A stretch of DNA of 64,000 nucleotides from Candidatus Krumholzibacteriia bacterium (GTDB lineage: Bacteria; Krumholzibacteriota; Krumholzibacteriia; LZORAL124-64-63). Location of the stretch: NCBI GenBank assembly GCA_963825035.1, contig CAWGRT010000015.1, forward strand, positions 3,766 through 67,765, read 5' to 3'. Position 1 is the first letter of the stretch, and each line of letters begins with the position of its first letter. The position numbers and the translations under genes were made by a program. Under the pieces are notes generated by a model. The model had not been told where the DNA came from and did not search any database. It saw only the letters and a program-made list of their open reading frames with translations. Shown piece by piece: positions 9,032 through 20,013 of the stretch.

Positions 9032-9787
9032 GTGACGAGGAACGACGAGGATCGCGTGCTGGTGGTGGTGCCCGCCCGCTGGGGCTCCAGCCGCTTCCCG
9101 GGCAAGGCCCTGGCCGACCTGGAGGGGCGCCCCCTGGTGGTGCGGGTCATGGAGAACGCCGTGCGCATGCGCACCGCCGACCGGGTGGTGGTGGCCACCG
9201 ACGACGAGCGCATCGCCGCCGCGGTCCGCGCCGCCGGCTACGAGGCCGAGCTGACCGGCGACCACGCCACGGGCACCGACCGCATCGGCGAGGTGGCCGG
9301 GCGCGACCCCGCGGGCATCGTGCTCAACCTCCAGGGGGACGAGCCCCTGCTGGACCCGGCGCTGGCCGACGGCCTGGTCCGGGCCCTGCGGGCGGACCCG
9401 GGGGCGGGGGTCGCCACCTGCGGCCATCCCTTCGCCGACGGGGCCGCGTGGCGCGATCCCAACCAGGTCAAGGTGCTGTGCGACAACGCCGGCCGGGCTT
9501 TGTACTTTTCGCGGGCCCCGATCCCCGGTATCTTTCCCGGGTCGGACGCCGACGCCCACGCGTGCGCCCTGCGCCACGTGGGGATCTACGCCTTCCGGCG
9601 CGCCGTGCTGGAACGGTTCCTCGCCCTCGCGCGCACCCCCCTGGAGCAGACCGAGGGCCTGGAGCAGCTGCGGCTGCTGGAGCACGGGGTGCCCATCCGG
9701 GTGCTGCCCGTGGCGGCGGCCCCCGTGGGCGTCGACACGCCCGCGGACCTGGAGGAAGTGCGCCGCCGCTGGCGGTCGCGCGCCTGA
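9032..9787 (+). CDS. kdsB: 3-deoxy-manno-octulosonate cytidylyltransferase (CMP-KDO synthetase)
   Basis: GTG at 9032 behind AAGGAGGA. VLVVVPARWGSSRFPGKALADLEGRPLV...NLQGDEPLL...YFSRAPIP...HVGIYAFR. Intact. Confidence 0.9.
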   Translation: MTRNDEDRVLVVVPARWGSSRFPGKALADLEGRPLVVRVMENAVRMRTADRVVVATDDERIAAAVRAAGYEAELTGDHATGTDRIGEVAGRDPAGIVLNLQGDEPLLDPALADGLVRALRADPGAGVATCGHPFADGAAWRDPNQVKVLCDNAGRALYFSRAPIPGIFPGSDADAHACALRHVGIYAFRRAVLERFLALARTPLEQTEGLEQLRLLEHGVPIRVLPVAAAPVGVDTPADLEEVRRRWRSRA

Positions 9788-9837
9788 CCGGAACCTCGCC
9801 CGAGACCGCCGCGCGACGGCGCGGCCGAAAGGACGTC

Positions 9838-11490
9838 ATGGCGAAGTACGTGTTCGTGACCGGCGGCGTGGTTTCCGCGCTCGGCAAGGGGATCGCCTCG
9901 GCCTCCCTGGGCAACCTGCTCAAGGCCCGGGGCCTGAAGGTGATCCTCCAGAAGTTCGACCCCTACCTGAACGTGGACCCGGGCACCATGAGCCCCTTCC
10001 AGCACGGCGAGGTCTTCGTGCTGGACGACGGCGCCGAGTGCGACCTGGACCTGGGGCACTACGAGCGCTTCACCGACGTGAACCTCTCCCAGATCAACAA
10101 CCTGACCAGCGGCCGGGTCTACGAGACCATCCTGGCCAACGAGCGCAAGGGCGAGTACCTGGGCCGCACGGTGCAGGTCATCCCGCACGTCACCGACGAG
10201 ATCAAGCGGCGCATCAAGCTGCCCGCCAAGCGGGATCCCGACGTGGACGTGGTCATCACCGAGATCGGCGGCACCGTGGGCGACATCGAGAGCCTGCCCT
10301 TCCTGGAGGCCATCCGCCAGTTCCGCCTGGAGAACCCCATCGAGGACACGGTGTCGGTGCACCTGACCCTGGTGCCCTACATCGAGACCGCCGGCGAGAT
10401 CAAGACCAAGCCCACCCAGCACTCGGTGGCCGAGCTGCGCTCCATCGGCATCCAGGCCGACTTCCTGATCTGTCGCGCGCGCCAGCCCATCGGCGAGGAC
10501 GCGCGGCGCAAGATCGCCCTGTTCTGCAACCTGCCGCCGAGCCACGTCTTCGACGGCCAGGACGTGCGCTCCATCTACGAGGTGCCGCTGATCTACCACC
10601 AGCAGCACATGGACCAGCTGCTCTGCGAGCGCCTGAAGCTGGAGACGCCCCAGCCGGACCTGGCCGACTGGGACCGGCTGGTCAAGCTCATCGTCAACCC
10701 GCCCGACGAGGTGCGCATCGCCATCGTGGGCAAGTACGTGGAGCTGAAGGACGCCTACAAGAGCATCACCGAGTCCTTCATCCACGCGGGCATCCCCAAC
10801 CACGTGGCCGTGGAGCAGGTGTGGGTGGACTCCGAGTCCCTGGAGGGCGAGGAGGTGGGCGAGCGCCGGCTGGCCGAGATCTTCGGCGGCTGCCACGGGG
10901 TGCTGGTGCCCGGCGGCTTCGGCGACCGGGGCATCCAGGGCAAGGTCAACGCCGTGCGCTGGGCGCGGGAGAACGGCGTGCCCTTCTTCGGCATCTGCCT
11001 GGGCCTGCAGTGCGCCATGATCGAGATGGGCCGCGACGTGGTGGGGCTCGAGCGCGCCGGCAGCGCCGAGTTCGACGCCGACCACGCCCCACCCGGTGAT
11101 CCACCTCATGGAGACCCAGAAGGGCATCCAGAACCTGGGCGGCACCATGCGCCTGGGCGCCTGGCCCTGCGTCATCCGGCCGGACACCCTGGCCGAACGC
11201 TGCCTACGGCAAGTCCGAGATCAGCGAGCGCCACCGCCACCGCTACGAGGTGAACAACGACTACCGCCTGCGCTTCGAGGAGCGCGGCGTGGTGTTCTCG
11301 GGCACCTCGCCCGACGGCAACCTGGTGGAGATCCTGGAGCTGCCGTCCCACCCGTTCTTCATCGCGGTGCAGTTCCACCCCGAGCTGAAGTCGCGGCCCA
11401 ACCGGCCGCACCCCCTGTTCCGCGAGTTCGTCGCCGCCGCCGTCGCCCACCAGGGCGCCGAGCGGAGCCGCGGCCGAGGCCACGTCGTGA
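9838..11490 (+). CDS. pyrG: CTP synthase, 2-3 frame breaks near the 3' end
   Basis: [35 protein letters not shown]...[12 protein letters not shown]. It continues in other frames ([24 protein letters not shown]; [19 protein letters not shown]...[18 protein letters not shown]). The stop is approximate: TGA at 11488-11490 needs one more shift, and the raw frame reads through into kdsA. Confidence 0.95.
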
Positions 11491-11505
11491 GCGCGGCCGT
11501 GCCCG

Positions 11506-12327
11506 GTGAAGGTGGGGGAGCACCAGGTGGGCGCCGGCCGGCCCCTGCTACGTCATCGCCGGCCCCTGCGTGCTGGAGGACCCCGACGAGATGCTGGCGA
11601 CGGCCGTGGCCCTGGCCGGCATCTGCGCGGACCTGGGCGTGGGCTACTGCTTCAAGTCCAGCTTCACCAAGGACAACCGCACCAGCAGCGCCAGCTACCG
11701 CGGTCCGGGGCTGGACGAGGGGCTGCGCCTGCTCGAGCGCATCGGCGAGGCGGCGGGCGTGCCCGTGCTCACGGACATCCACCACCCCGAGGAGGCCGAC
11801 GCCGTGGCCCAGGTGGCCGAGGTGCTGCAGATCCCGGCGTTCCTCTGCCGCCAGTCCTCGCTGCTGGAGGCGGCCGGCCGCACCGGCCGCGTGGTCAACA
11901 TCAAGAAGGGCCAGTTCCTGGCGGCGGCGGACATGGCCCACGCCGCGGCCAAGGTCAAGCGCCGCCGGCGGCGCGCGGGTGCTCATGACCGAGCGCGGCT
12001 CGTTCTTCGGCTACCGGGACCTGGTGGTGGACTACCGCTCCACCCGGATCATGCGCGAGGCCGGCTTCCCGGTGGTCTTCGACGCCACCCACAGCGTGCA
12101 GTCGCCCGGCAGCACCGGCACCACCACCGGCGGCACGCCCGAGCTGATTCCCCTGCTGGCCCGCTGCGGCGTGGCCGCCGGCGCGGACGCCGTCTTCCTG
12201 GAGGTGCACCCGGAGCCGGCGCGGGCCAAGAGCGACGCCGGCAGCCAGCTGCCCCTGGAGGCCTTCGCCGGCGCTGGTCCGCCAGCTGGTGCGCTTCCGC
12301 GAACTGCACAACGAGGTGACCGCGTGA
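11506..12327 (+). CDS. kdsA: 2-dehydro-3-deoxyphosphooctonate aldolase (KDO-8-P synthase), frame-broken
   Basis: [13 protein letters not shown].., [44 protein letters not shown]...[11 protein letters not shown]...VNIKKGQF, then [20 protein letters not shown]...[11 protein letters not shown]. Last segment [20 protein letters not shown] at 12325-12327. Confidence 0.9.
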
Positions 12328-12979
12328 CCGCGCCCTGGCCGCCCCGCAGCGACGCCGCCTACCGGGCCGAGGCCGAGGCGCGCCTGGGCGCGGACCTGGC
12401 CGACCGCTTCGCCGCCGTCGACCTGCTGGTGCTGGACGTGGACGGGGTCCTGACCGACGGCGTCATGTACTACGGCGCCGAGGGCGAGCAGCTGAAGGGC
12501 TTCCACAGCCACGACGGCCTGGGCCTGGCCCTGGCCCGTCTGGCCGGCCTCAAGCGGGCCGTGCTCACCGGGCGCGACAGCGCCATCGTGGCCCGCCGCT
12601 GCGCGGAGCTGCGGTTCGACACCGTGAAGCTGGGCCGCTTCGACAAGGGCACGGCCCTGGACGAGATCCTGGCCGAGACCGGTGGCGACCCGGCGCGCGA
12701 CCCTCTACATGGGGGACGACCTGATCGACCTGCCCGCCCTGCAGGCGGTGGCGGTGCCGGTGTGCGTGCCGGCGGCCCCGGCGGAGGTGCGGGAGCAGTG
12801 CGTCCTGGTCACCGAGGGCGACGGGCGGCCGCGGCGCCGTGCGCGAGGTCATCGACCTGGTGCTGAAGGCCTCGGGCCGCTACGGCCCGGCCCTGGTGGC
12901 CGTGGCGGAGAAGGCCTGGAGCCCGGGGCGGCGGCCGGCGGCGGCCGCGTCCGACACTCCGCCGGAGGAGATCCAGTGA
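12324..12979 (+). CDS. kdsC: KDO-8-phosphate phosphatase (HAD family), frame-broken
   Basis: GTG at 12324 overlaps the kdsA stop (GTGA). [57 protein letters not shown], then [15 protein letters not shown] in a second frame and [14 protein letters not shown] in a third. Confidence 0.8.
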
Positions 12980-13991
12980 TGAACGACCCCCGCCCCGAAC
13001 CGCGTGCCCTGGACGACGACGCCATCCTCGCCCTGGGCCGCGGCACCTTCGCCCAGGAGGCCGGGGCGCTGGCCGCCATCGGCGCCGGGCTGACCCCCGA
13101 CTTCCCCGCGGCGGTGCGCCTGCTGCTGGAGTGCCGTGGCCAGGTGCTGGTCACGGGCCTGGGCAAGTCGGGCATCGTCGCCCGCAAGCTGGCCGCCACC
13201 CTGACCAGCACGGGCACCCCCAGCCACTTCATCCACCCGGTGGAGGCGGCCCACGGCGACCTGGGCATCGTGCGCGGTTCGGACGTGGTCATCGGCATCA
13301 GCCGCAGCGGCAACAATCCCGAGGTGACGGCCCTGGTGGCCCGGTGCCGGCAGTTCGGCATGCAGGCCATCGTCATCACCGGGGGGCGCCGGCAGCGAGC
13401 TGGCCGAGGCGGCGGACGTGGTGCTGCCGGTGCCCATCGACCGGGAGGCCTGCCCGCTGGACCTGACGCCCACCACCAGCGCCGTGGCCGCCATGGCCAT
13501 GGGCGACGCCCTGGCCGTGGCCCTCATCACCCTGCGCGGATTCCGCAGCCAGGACTTCGCCATGTTCCACCCCAGCGGGGTGCTGGGCCGGCGCCTGCTG
13601 GTGCGGGTGTCCGAGCTCATGCACCGGGGCGACGAGCTGCCGGTGGTCTCCCACCGCCTGCACCCTGCGCGAGTCCCTGCCCGAGATCGTCGGCAAGCGG
13701 CTGGGCGGCACCTGCGTGGTGGACGACGACGGCCGCCTGGTGGGCCTGTGCGTGGACGGGGACGTCAAGCGCATCCTCCTGGAGCGGGAGGACGCCCTGG
13801 ACGCGCCCATCACCGAGGCCATGAACCCGGCGCCCACGACCATCACCCCCGACACCCTGGCCCTGACCGCCCTGCGCCACATGGAGCAGCGGGAGGCGGG
13901 CCCGGTGACCCTGCTGATCGTCACCGACGACGAGCGGCGTCCGGCGGGGCTGCTGCACATCCACGACGTGCTGCGGGCCGGGCTCCTTTGA
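12979..13991 (+). CDS. kdsD: arabinose-5-phosphate isomerase (SIS + CBS domains), frame-broken
   Basis: ATG at 12979 overlaps the kdsC stop. VLVTGLGKSGIVARKLAATLTSTGTPSHFIHPVEAAHGDLG...GISRSGNNPEV, then TTSAVAAMAMGDALAVAL...FHPSGVLGRRLL, then a CBS part in ORF 13716..13991. Confidence 0.85.
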
Positions 13992-14113
13992 GTTTTGCGC
14001 TTCGGGCCGGTTCCGCTTCAGCGCCCGGCCCTTTCCTGACGATACCTGAAAGGCCGGTCCCCGGTCGGGTGCGGAGGCGGTTAACTCCGCCGCCAGGTAG
14101 CCAATTGCGACCA

Positions 14114-14129
14114 TGGCACGGATCATGCG
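14114..14129 (+). promoter_or_regulatory. near-consensus sigma-54 (-24/-12) element upstream of the lpxL-like/lptCB/rpoN block
   Basis: TGGCAC-GGATC-ATGCG versus consensus TGGCAC-N5-TTGCW (GG and GC kept, 2 mismatches). It lies in the 227-nt gap between kdsD and the next CDS. Confidence 0.3.
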
Positions 14130-14218
14130 CAGATCCCTGCTTGACGGAGCGGCCCGCCCGTGTCCCAAGGTTGGTGCCGGGGCGGCGCGGCGACCCGGCC
14201 GCAGGCGCTCCCGAGGAG

Positions 14219-15207
14219 ATGACGGTGTCGGAGGATCGGCTGCCCCGCTGGCGCCGCTGGCGGCGGCGCGGATACTATCTGTTGACGGCTGGGCTGCTGG
14301 GTGTCGCGCCCCGGTTGCCCCTGGCGGGCGGGCGGGCCCTGGGCCGGGCGCTGGCCCGGCTGGCCCTGGCCGTCCGGCCGCGGGAGCGGGCGCGGGCCCG
14401 GGCCAACCTGGCGGCGGCCCTGCCGGAGCTGATCGCCGGCGGACCGGGAGGCGCTGCTGCGGGAGGCGGCGCGCGCGCCTGGGGGAGAACCTCCACGACA
14501 CCCTGGCGGCGCCGCGGCTGCTGGTCCGGCCGGGGTTCGTGGGCGAGGAGCCCTGCCCCGGCGACGGGCGGGCGTCCGGTGGGCGACGTGGCGGCGGAGC
14601 TGGCGGCGTGGGGCCGGGGGCTGCTGCTGCTGAGCGGGCACCTGGGCTGCTGGGAACTGCTGGGCGGTGGCTGGCCGGCGAGCTGGCCCGCCGGGGGATC
14701 GGTCCGGTGGCCGTGGTCACCGGCACGGTGCACAATCCGGCGGTGGACCGGCTGCTGCAGGAGCGGCGCCGGGCTGCGGGGCTGCTGCCCCTGCCGCGGC
14801 GACGCGGGAGCGGTGCCTCTGCTGCGCCACCTGGACCGGGGCGGGGCGGCGGCGGTGCTGCTGGACCAGAACCTGGCCGTGCCCAGCCTGCCGGCGCCCT
14901 TCCTGGGCCGGCCGGCGCCGACGGTGGCCGGGTTCGGCCGGCTGGCCCTGCGGCGGGGCATCCCGGTGCTGCCGCTGGCCATCGCGCGGCGCGGGGCCGG
15001 GCCACGTGGTGCGGCACCTGGCGCCCCTGCGACCGGAGCCGGACCCGGCGGCGGCGCGGGACGACGCGGCGGTGGCCGCCTTCCTGGCCGCCTGCAACGG
15101 CGCGCTGGAGGAACTGTTGCGGCGGAACCCGGCCGAGTGGGTCTGGTTCCACGACCGTTGGACCGAACGAGCATCGCCGACGCGAACGAACGGACGGACG
15201 ACCTTGA
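14219..15207 (+). CDS. lipid A biosynthesis (KDO)2-lipid IVA acyltransferase-like protein (LpxL/HtrB family), heavily frame-broken
   Basis: ATG at 14219 behind GAGGAG. Pieces alternate among three frames: LLLLSGHLGCWELLG (H-x4-E/D acyltransferase motif), GPVAVVTGTVHNPAVDRLLQERR, AAAVLLDQNLAVPSLPAPFLGRPAPTVAGFGRLALRRGIPVLPLAI, RRNPAEWVWFHDRW. End inferred at TGA 15205-15207. Confidence 0.65.
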
Positions 15208-15777
15208 AGAACCGCCGTCGCCCTCCCCCTGCTGCCTGTCCCTGCTGGCGGTGGCCGCCGGCTGCGGCGGCGATGCGGCCGAGCCCGCGTCGGCGGTGCG
15301 GCGCGCGGCGAGGCCGAGGTGCCGGAGCAGCAGTTCTTCGACTACCGCCTGATCGAGACCGAGGCCGGCGTGCGCCAGTGGGTGCTGCGAGAGCGACGAG
15401 ATGCAGAAGTTCGCCGGGCCGCGAGGACGTCCAGCTGGTGACGGTGCAGCATGGACTTCTACCGGGACGGCGCGCACTTCTCGGTGCTGACCGCCGACAG
15501 CGGCTCGGCCGACCTGCAGACCCACGACGTCCACACCTGGGGCAACGTGGTGGTGGTCACCGACGACGGCCGGCGCCTGGAGACGGAGGAGCTGTTCTTC
15601 GCCAACGCGGACCAGAAGCATCACCAACGAGGTCTTCAACCGATTCACCCGCGAGCGACGACGTGATGACGGGAATCGGGCTGGAGGCCACTCCTGATCT
15701 CGAGTACATTGAGATTGAAGGAGGATGTGAAGGCCGAAGTCGGCGACGAATCAGACACCCGAGGAGAACGTCCTTGA
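15204..15777 (+). CDS. lptC: LptC-like LPS export protein, frame-broken; N-terminus looks like a lipoprotein signal
   Basis: TTG at 15204 (TTGA overlap with the previous stop). (M)KNRRR..CCLSLLAVAAGCGGD, then QFFDYRLIETEAGVRQWVL, VQLVTVQMDFYRDGAHFSVLTADSGSADLQTHDVHTWGNVVVVTDDGRRLETEELFF, TGIGLEATPDLEYIEIEG. At least 5 frame changes, so boundaries are inferred. Confidence 0.55.
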
Positions 15778-16523
15778 ACCCCGAAGCCGGCCGGCGGCGG
15801 CCACCTCCTGCGCGCCGAGGGGCTGCGCAAGATCTATCGCAAGCGCGCCGTCGTGGACGGCGTCGACCTGGAGCTGCACCAGGGCGAGGTGGTGGGCCTG
15901 CTGGGACCGAACGGGGCCGGCAAGACCACCTCCTTCTACATGATCGTCGGGCTTCATCTCGCCCGACGAGGGACGGGTGCTCCTGGACGGCCGCGACCTC
16001 TCGCACCTGCCCATGTACAAGCGGGCGCGGCTGGGCATCGGCTACCTGCCGCAGGAGTCGTCGATCTTCCGCAAGCTCACCGTGGAAGAGAACGTGATGG
16101 CCATCCTGCAGAGCATGCCCCTGAGCCGCGGACGAGCGCCACGCCCGCATGGACGAACTGCTCGAGCTGATGGGCGTCACCCACATCCGCAAGAGCCGCG
16201 GCTACCAGCTCTCGGGCGGCGAGCGGCGGCGCGTGGAGATCGCGCGCGCCCTGGTGACCGAGCCCAAGTTCATGCTCCTGGACGAGCCCTTCGCGGGCAT
16301 CGACCCCATCGCCGTGGCCGACCTGCAGTCGGTGGTGGGCCAGCTCCGGGACCGGGGACTGGGGGTGCTGATCACCGACCACAACGTGCGCGAGACGCTG
16401 TCGATCACCGACCGGGCCTACATCCTGTTCGAGGGCCGGATCGAACTGGCGGGCAACGCCGAGGAGATCGTGGCCTCGGACAAGGCCCGCGCCATCTACC
16501 TGGGCGAGGCGTTCCGCCTCTAG
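15774..16523 (+). CDS. lptB: LPS export ABC transporter ATP-binding protein, frame-broken
   Basis: [121 protein letters not shown]. Start TTG 15774 behind GAGGAGAA is inferred. Confidence 0.9.
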
Positions 16524-16595
16524 ACGCGGCACGGTGCCGCAGGAGCGCCGGGGAGGGAACCCCGGCCGTGCGAACCGAAGGAAGAAGACCCGACC

Positions 16596-18028
16596 ATGGC
16601 CCCGAACATCGGCATGTTCCAGAAGATGGCCCTGAAGCAGCAGCTGGTCATGACCCAGCGGCTGCAGCAGGCCCTCAAGCTGCTCCAGGTGCCCACCCTC
16701 GAACTCGAGCAGATCCTGCGCCAGGAACTGCAGGGCAACCCGCTGCTGGAAGAGGTCGAGCCCGAGGAAGAGGTGGACGAGGAGACCGCCCTGGACCGCG
16801 AGGTCTCGGAGATGGAAGGGGACGAGCGGGCCAAGGACTCCCAGCCCGACGACGAGAACCGGGACTGGGAGGACAGCTGGGACGAGGGCTTCCGGGCCGC
16901 GGCCACCACCGAGATCGGCTGGGACGACGAGGACGAGCTGGAGCGACCCCAGAAGTACGTGCCCTCGGGGCAGGAGGACCTGACCGAGCAGCTGCACCTG
17001 GCGGTGCCCGAGGGCCTGGAGCGCCGCATCGGCGAGTACATCGTCGGCTGCCTGAACGAGGACGGCATGCTGGGCTGCCCGGTGGCGGAGGTCGCCGCCT
17101 ACTTCGAGGTGGACGAGGCCACCGTCGAGGCGGTGCTGCGCGTGGTCCAGACCTTCGATCCGCCGGGCGTGGCGGCCCGCGACCTCCCCGAGTGCCTGCT
17201 GCTGCAGCTGGAGGCCCGCGGCCTCGAGGACTCGAACGAGGCCTACGTCATCCGCAACCACTTCGAGGCCCTGAAGAACCGCAAGTTCGCCGAGATCGCC
17301 CGCGACATGAAGCTCACGGCCAAGGACGTCCAGGACATCTCCGCGCGCATCGGCGAGCTGGATCCGCGGCCCGGGCCTGTCCCTGTCCGGCGAGGGCGCC
17401 CGGGTCATCGTGCCCGACCTGGAGGTGGTCAAGGTGGACGAGGACGGCGACGAGTACGCCGTCTACCTGAACGACGCCAACCTGCCGCGGCTGCGGGTGA
17501 GCCAGGCCTACGAGAGCCAGGGCGACCGCAGCGAGGACGCCGTCAAGTTCATCGACGAGAAGAAGAAGCACGCCGAGTGGGTCATCAAGACCATCGAGCA
17601 GCGCCGCCGCACCATGATCAAGGTGATGGAGGCGATCGTGCGCGAGCAGAACGAGTTCTTCGAGAAGGGCGCCATCGCCCTGCGGCCGCTGACCCTGCAG
17701 CAGGTGGCTTCGGCCATCGGCATGCACGAGTCGACGGTCTCGCGCGTGACCCGCCAGAAGTACGTGCAGACGCCCCGCGGCGTCTTCCCGCTGAAGTTCT
17801 TCTTCAGCGCCGGCCTGGACAACAACGAGGGCGGCGAGGTGGCCGCCAAGGCCGTCAAGATCATGATCAAGGAGATCATCGCCGTCGAGAATCCCGGCCC
17901 GGCCCTTGTCGGACAAGAAGATCGTGGACATGCTGCAGGAGCGCGGACTGAAGATCGCCCGCCGCACGGTGGCCAAGTACCGCGAGCAGATGGGAATCCT
18001 CAGCGCGCGCATGCGCAAGCAGTTCTGA
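16596..18028 (+). CDS. rpoN: RNA polymerase sigma-54 factor, two frame breaks
   Basis: [53 protein letters not shown], acidic region. C-terminal HTH and RpoN box: [41 protein letters not shown]. Last part ...[24 protein letters not shown] in a third frame. Confidence 0.95.
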
Positions 18029-18064
18029 GACCGGGCCCGCAGGCCCGCCAAGAAGGAGGACGCC

Positions 18065-18605
18065 ATGCAGATGGAAATCAACACCCGCCACTTCACCCTC
18101 GGTGACGACCAGCGGGAGACCATCGAGACGGCGTTGGCCAAGCTGGAGCGCTTCAGCCCGCGGCCGGTGCAGTCGTGCAAGCTGACCATCAGCCACGAGG
18201 CGGGCCGCTTCGTCGCCGACGCGGTGCTGCACCTGAAGAACAACGATTTCCGCGCCGAGGCCGAGGGCGTCGAGCCCGAGTACGCCACCGACGAGATCGT
18301 CGAGAGCATGCGGAAGCAGCTGACCAAGTTCAAGGGCACGCATCAGCGGCAAGCAGAAGGGCGAGGAGGGCGGCCTGGGCCGGGCCATGGTGGACGACGG
18401 CGGCGTCTTCGCCGGCGAGATCGAGGCCGAGGACACCGCCGAGGGCTTCGTCCTGCGGGACCTGGACGTGGAGGGGGCCAAGGAGGCCTTCGCCACCGCC
18501 GAACTGCCGTTCCTCATCTTCCGGGACGTGGCGACGGCGCGCCTGGGCGTCATCTACCGGCGGGGCGACGGGGAGCTGGGCCACATGGAGGCCCAGGAGG
18601 ACTGA
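18065..18605 (+). CDS. hpf: long-form ribosome hibernation promoting factor, one frame break
   Basis: MQMEINTRHFTLGDDQRETIETALAKLERFSPRPVQSCKLTISHEAGRFVADAVLHLKNNDFRAEAEG...; C-terminal dimerisation domain in ORF 18387..18605 (PFLIFRDVATARLGVIYRRGDGELGHME). Confidence 0.9.
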
Positions 18606-18632
18606 CCGCGGCCGTCGCGGTGGAGGGGTACG

Positions 18633-19598
18633 ATGGTCGTCTCGGTACGTGACATCTACGAACAGATGCGCGAGGCCCTGCTGCTCGAACCGCTGGTGGA
18701 ACCCGGCGCCGAGGGGCAGCCGGTCACGGCGGTGGACGTCCACCGGCCCGGCATGGCCCTGATGGGCTTCGCCGAGAACTTCCTGCCGCGGCGCATCCAG
18801 GTCTTCGGCGAGTCGGAGATGGCCTTCCTGGCCACCCTCGAGGCCGCGGGCCAGCGCCGCGCCGTGGAGCAGGTGCTGGAGCTGGAGCCGCCCGTGATCT
18901 TCATCGCCATGGACCTGGACGTCCCGGGTCCGGTGCTGCAGCTCATGCGCGAGCGGCGCCTGCCCCTGATCCGCTCGGCCCTGCCGGCGGTGGAGTTCAC
19001 CGCCGAGCTCACCCACCATCTGGAACGGGTCTTCTCGCCCCGCACCGAGGTGCACGGCACCCTGGTCGACGTCTACGGCGTGGGCCTGCTCTTCACCGGG
19101 CGCAGCGGCATCGGCAAGAGCGAGTGCGCCCTGGACCTGATCGAGCGGGGGCACCGCCTGGTGGCCGACGACATCGTCGAGATCACCCGCACCGGCGACG
19201 ACGTGATCATCGGCCGCTACCGCGACGTGCTGCGGCATCACCTGGAGATCCGCGGCGTGGGGGTCATCGACGTCCAGGCCATCTTCGGCATCCGCGCCAT
19301 CCGCATGCAGAAGCGCATCGAGGTGGAGGTGCAGCTGCAGGACTGGGACAACGGCACCGACTACGAGCGCATGGGCCTGGAGAACCGCTACGGGCACATC
19401 CTGGGGGTCAGCATCCCCCAGGTGGCGGTGCCCCTGTTCCCGGGCAAGAACATCACGGTGATCAGCGAGGTCATCGCGCTGAACTTCATGCTGAAGATCT
19501 ACGGCTACGACGCGGCCCGGGTGCTGAACGAGCGCATCATGGACACCATGCATTCCAGCGACCGGCTGCGGAAGTACCTGGAGCAGGACCGGGAATAG
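18633..19598 (+). CDS. hprK: HPr kinase/phosphorylase
   Basis: HGTLVDVYGVGLLFTGRSGIGKSECALDLIERGHRLVADDIV...LEIRGVGVIDV. Intact, 321 aa. Confidence 0.95.
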   Translation: MVVSVRDIYEQMREALLLEPLVEPGAEGQPVTAVDVHRPGMALMGFAENFLPRRIQVFGESEMAFLATLEAAGQRRAVEQVLELEPPVIFIAMDLDVPGPVLQLMRERRLPLIRSALPAVEFTAELTHHLERVFSPRTEVHGTLVDVYGVGLLFTGRSGIGKSECALDLIERGHRLVADDIVEITRTGDDVIIGRYRDVLRHHLEIRGVGVIDVQAIFGIRAIRMQKRIEVEVQLQDWDNGTDYERMGLENRYGHILGVSIPQVAVPLFPGKNITVISEVIALNFMLKIYGYDAARVLNERIMDTMHSSDRLRKYLEQDRE

Positions 19599-19619
19599 TC
19601 CCGGCGAAAGGACGACGCG

Positions 19620-20013
19620 ATGCTCACCCGCGCACTCGTCATCACCCACGGCCGCATCGGCGAGGAACTGGTCCGCGTGGCGGGCATGATCCTCGGTCCC
19701 CAGGAGGGGCTCGAGGCCATGTCCAACGCCCACCGCTCGGCCCAGGACATCACCGAGGCGGTGCGCGCCTGGCTGGGGCCCGCCGGCACGGGCGGGACCG
19801 GCGGTGATCCTGGTGGACGACTACGGCGGCAGCTGCGCCACCGCGTCGCAGCTGGCCTGCGAGGGCCGGCCCGACGCCGCGGTCATCAGCGGCGTGAACC
19901 TGGCCATGGTCCTGGGCTTCCTGACCTGGCGCGAGAGCAGCGACCACACCGACCTGATCAACCGCCTGGTCGCCAAGGGACGCGAGGCGATCGTCCGCCT
20001 GGGAGCGCGCTGA
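19620..20013 (+). CDS. PTS mannose/fructose/sorbose-family EIIA component, one frame break
   Basis: MLTRALVITHGRIGEELVRVAGMILGPQEGLEAM (THG active-site His context), then ILVDDYGGSCATASQLA...ISGVNLAMVLGFL (ORF 19804..20013). Confidence 0.8.
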
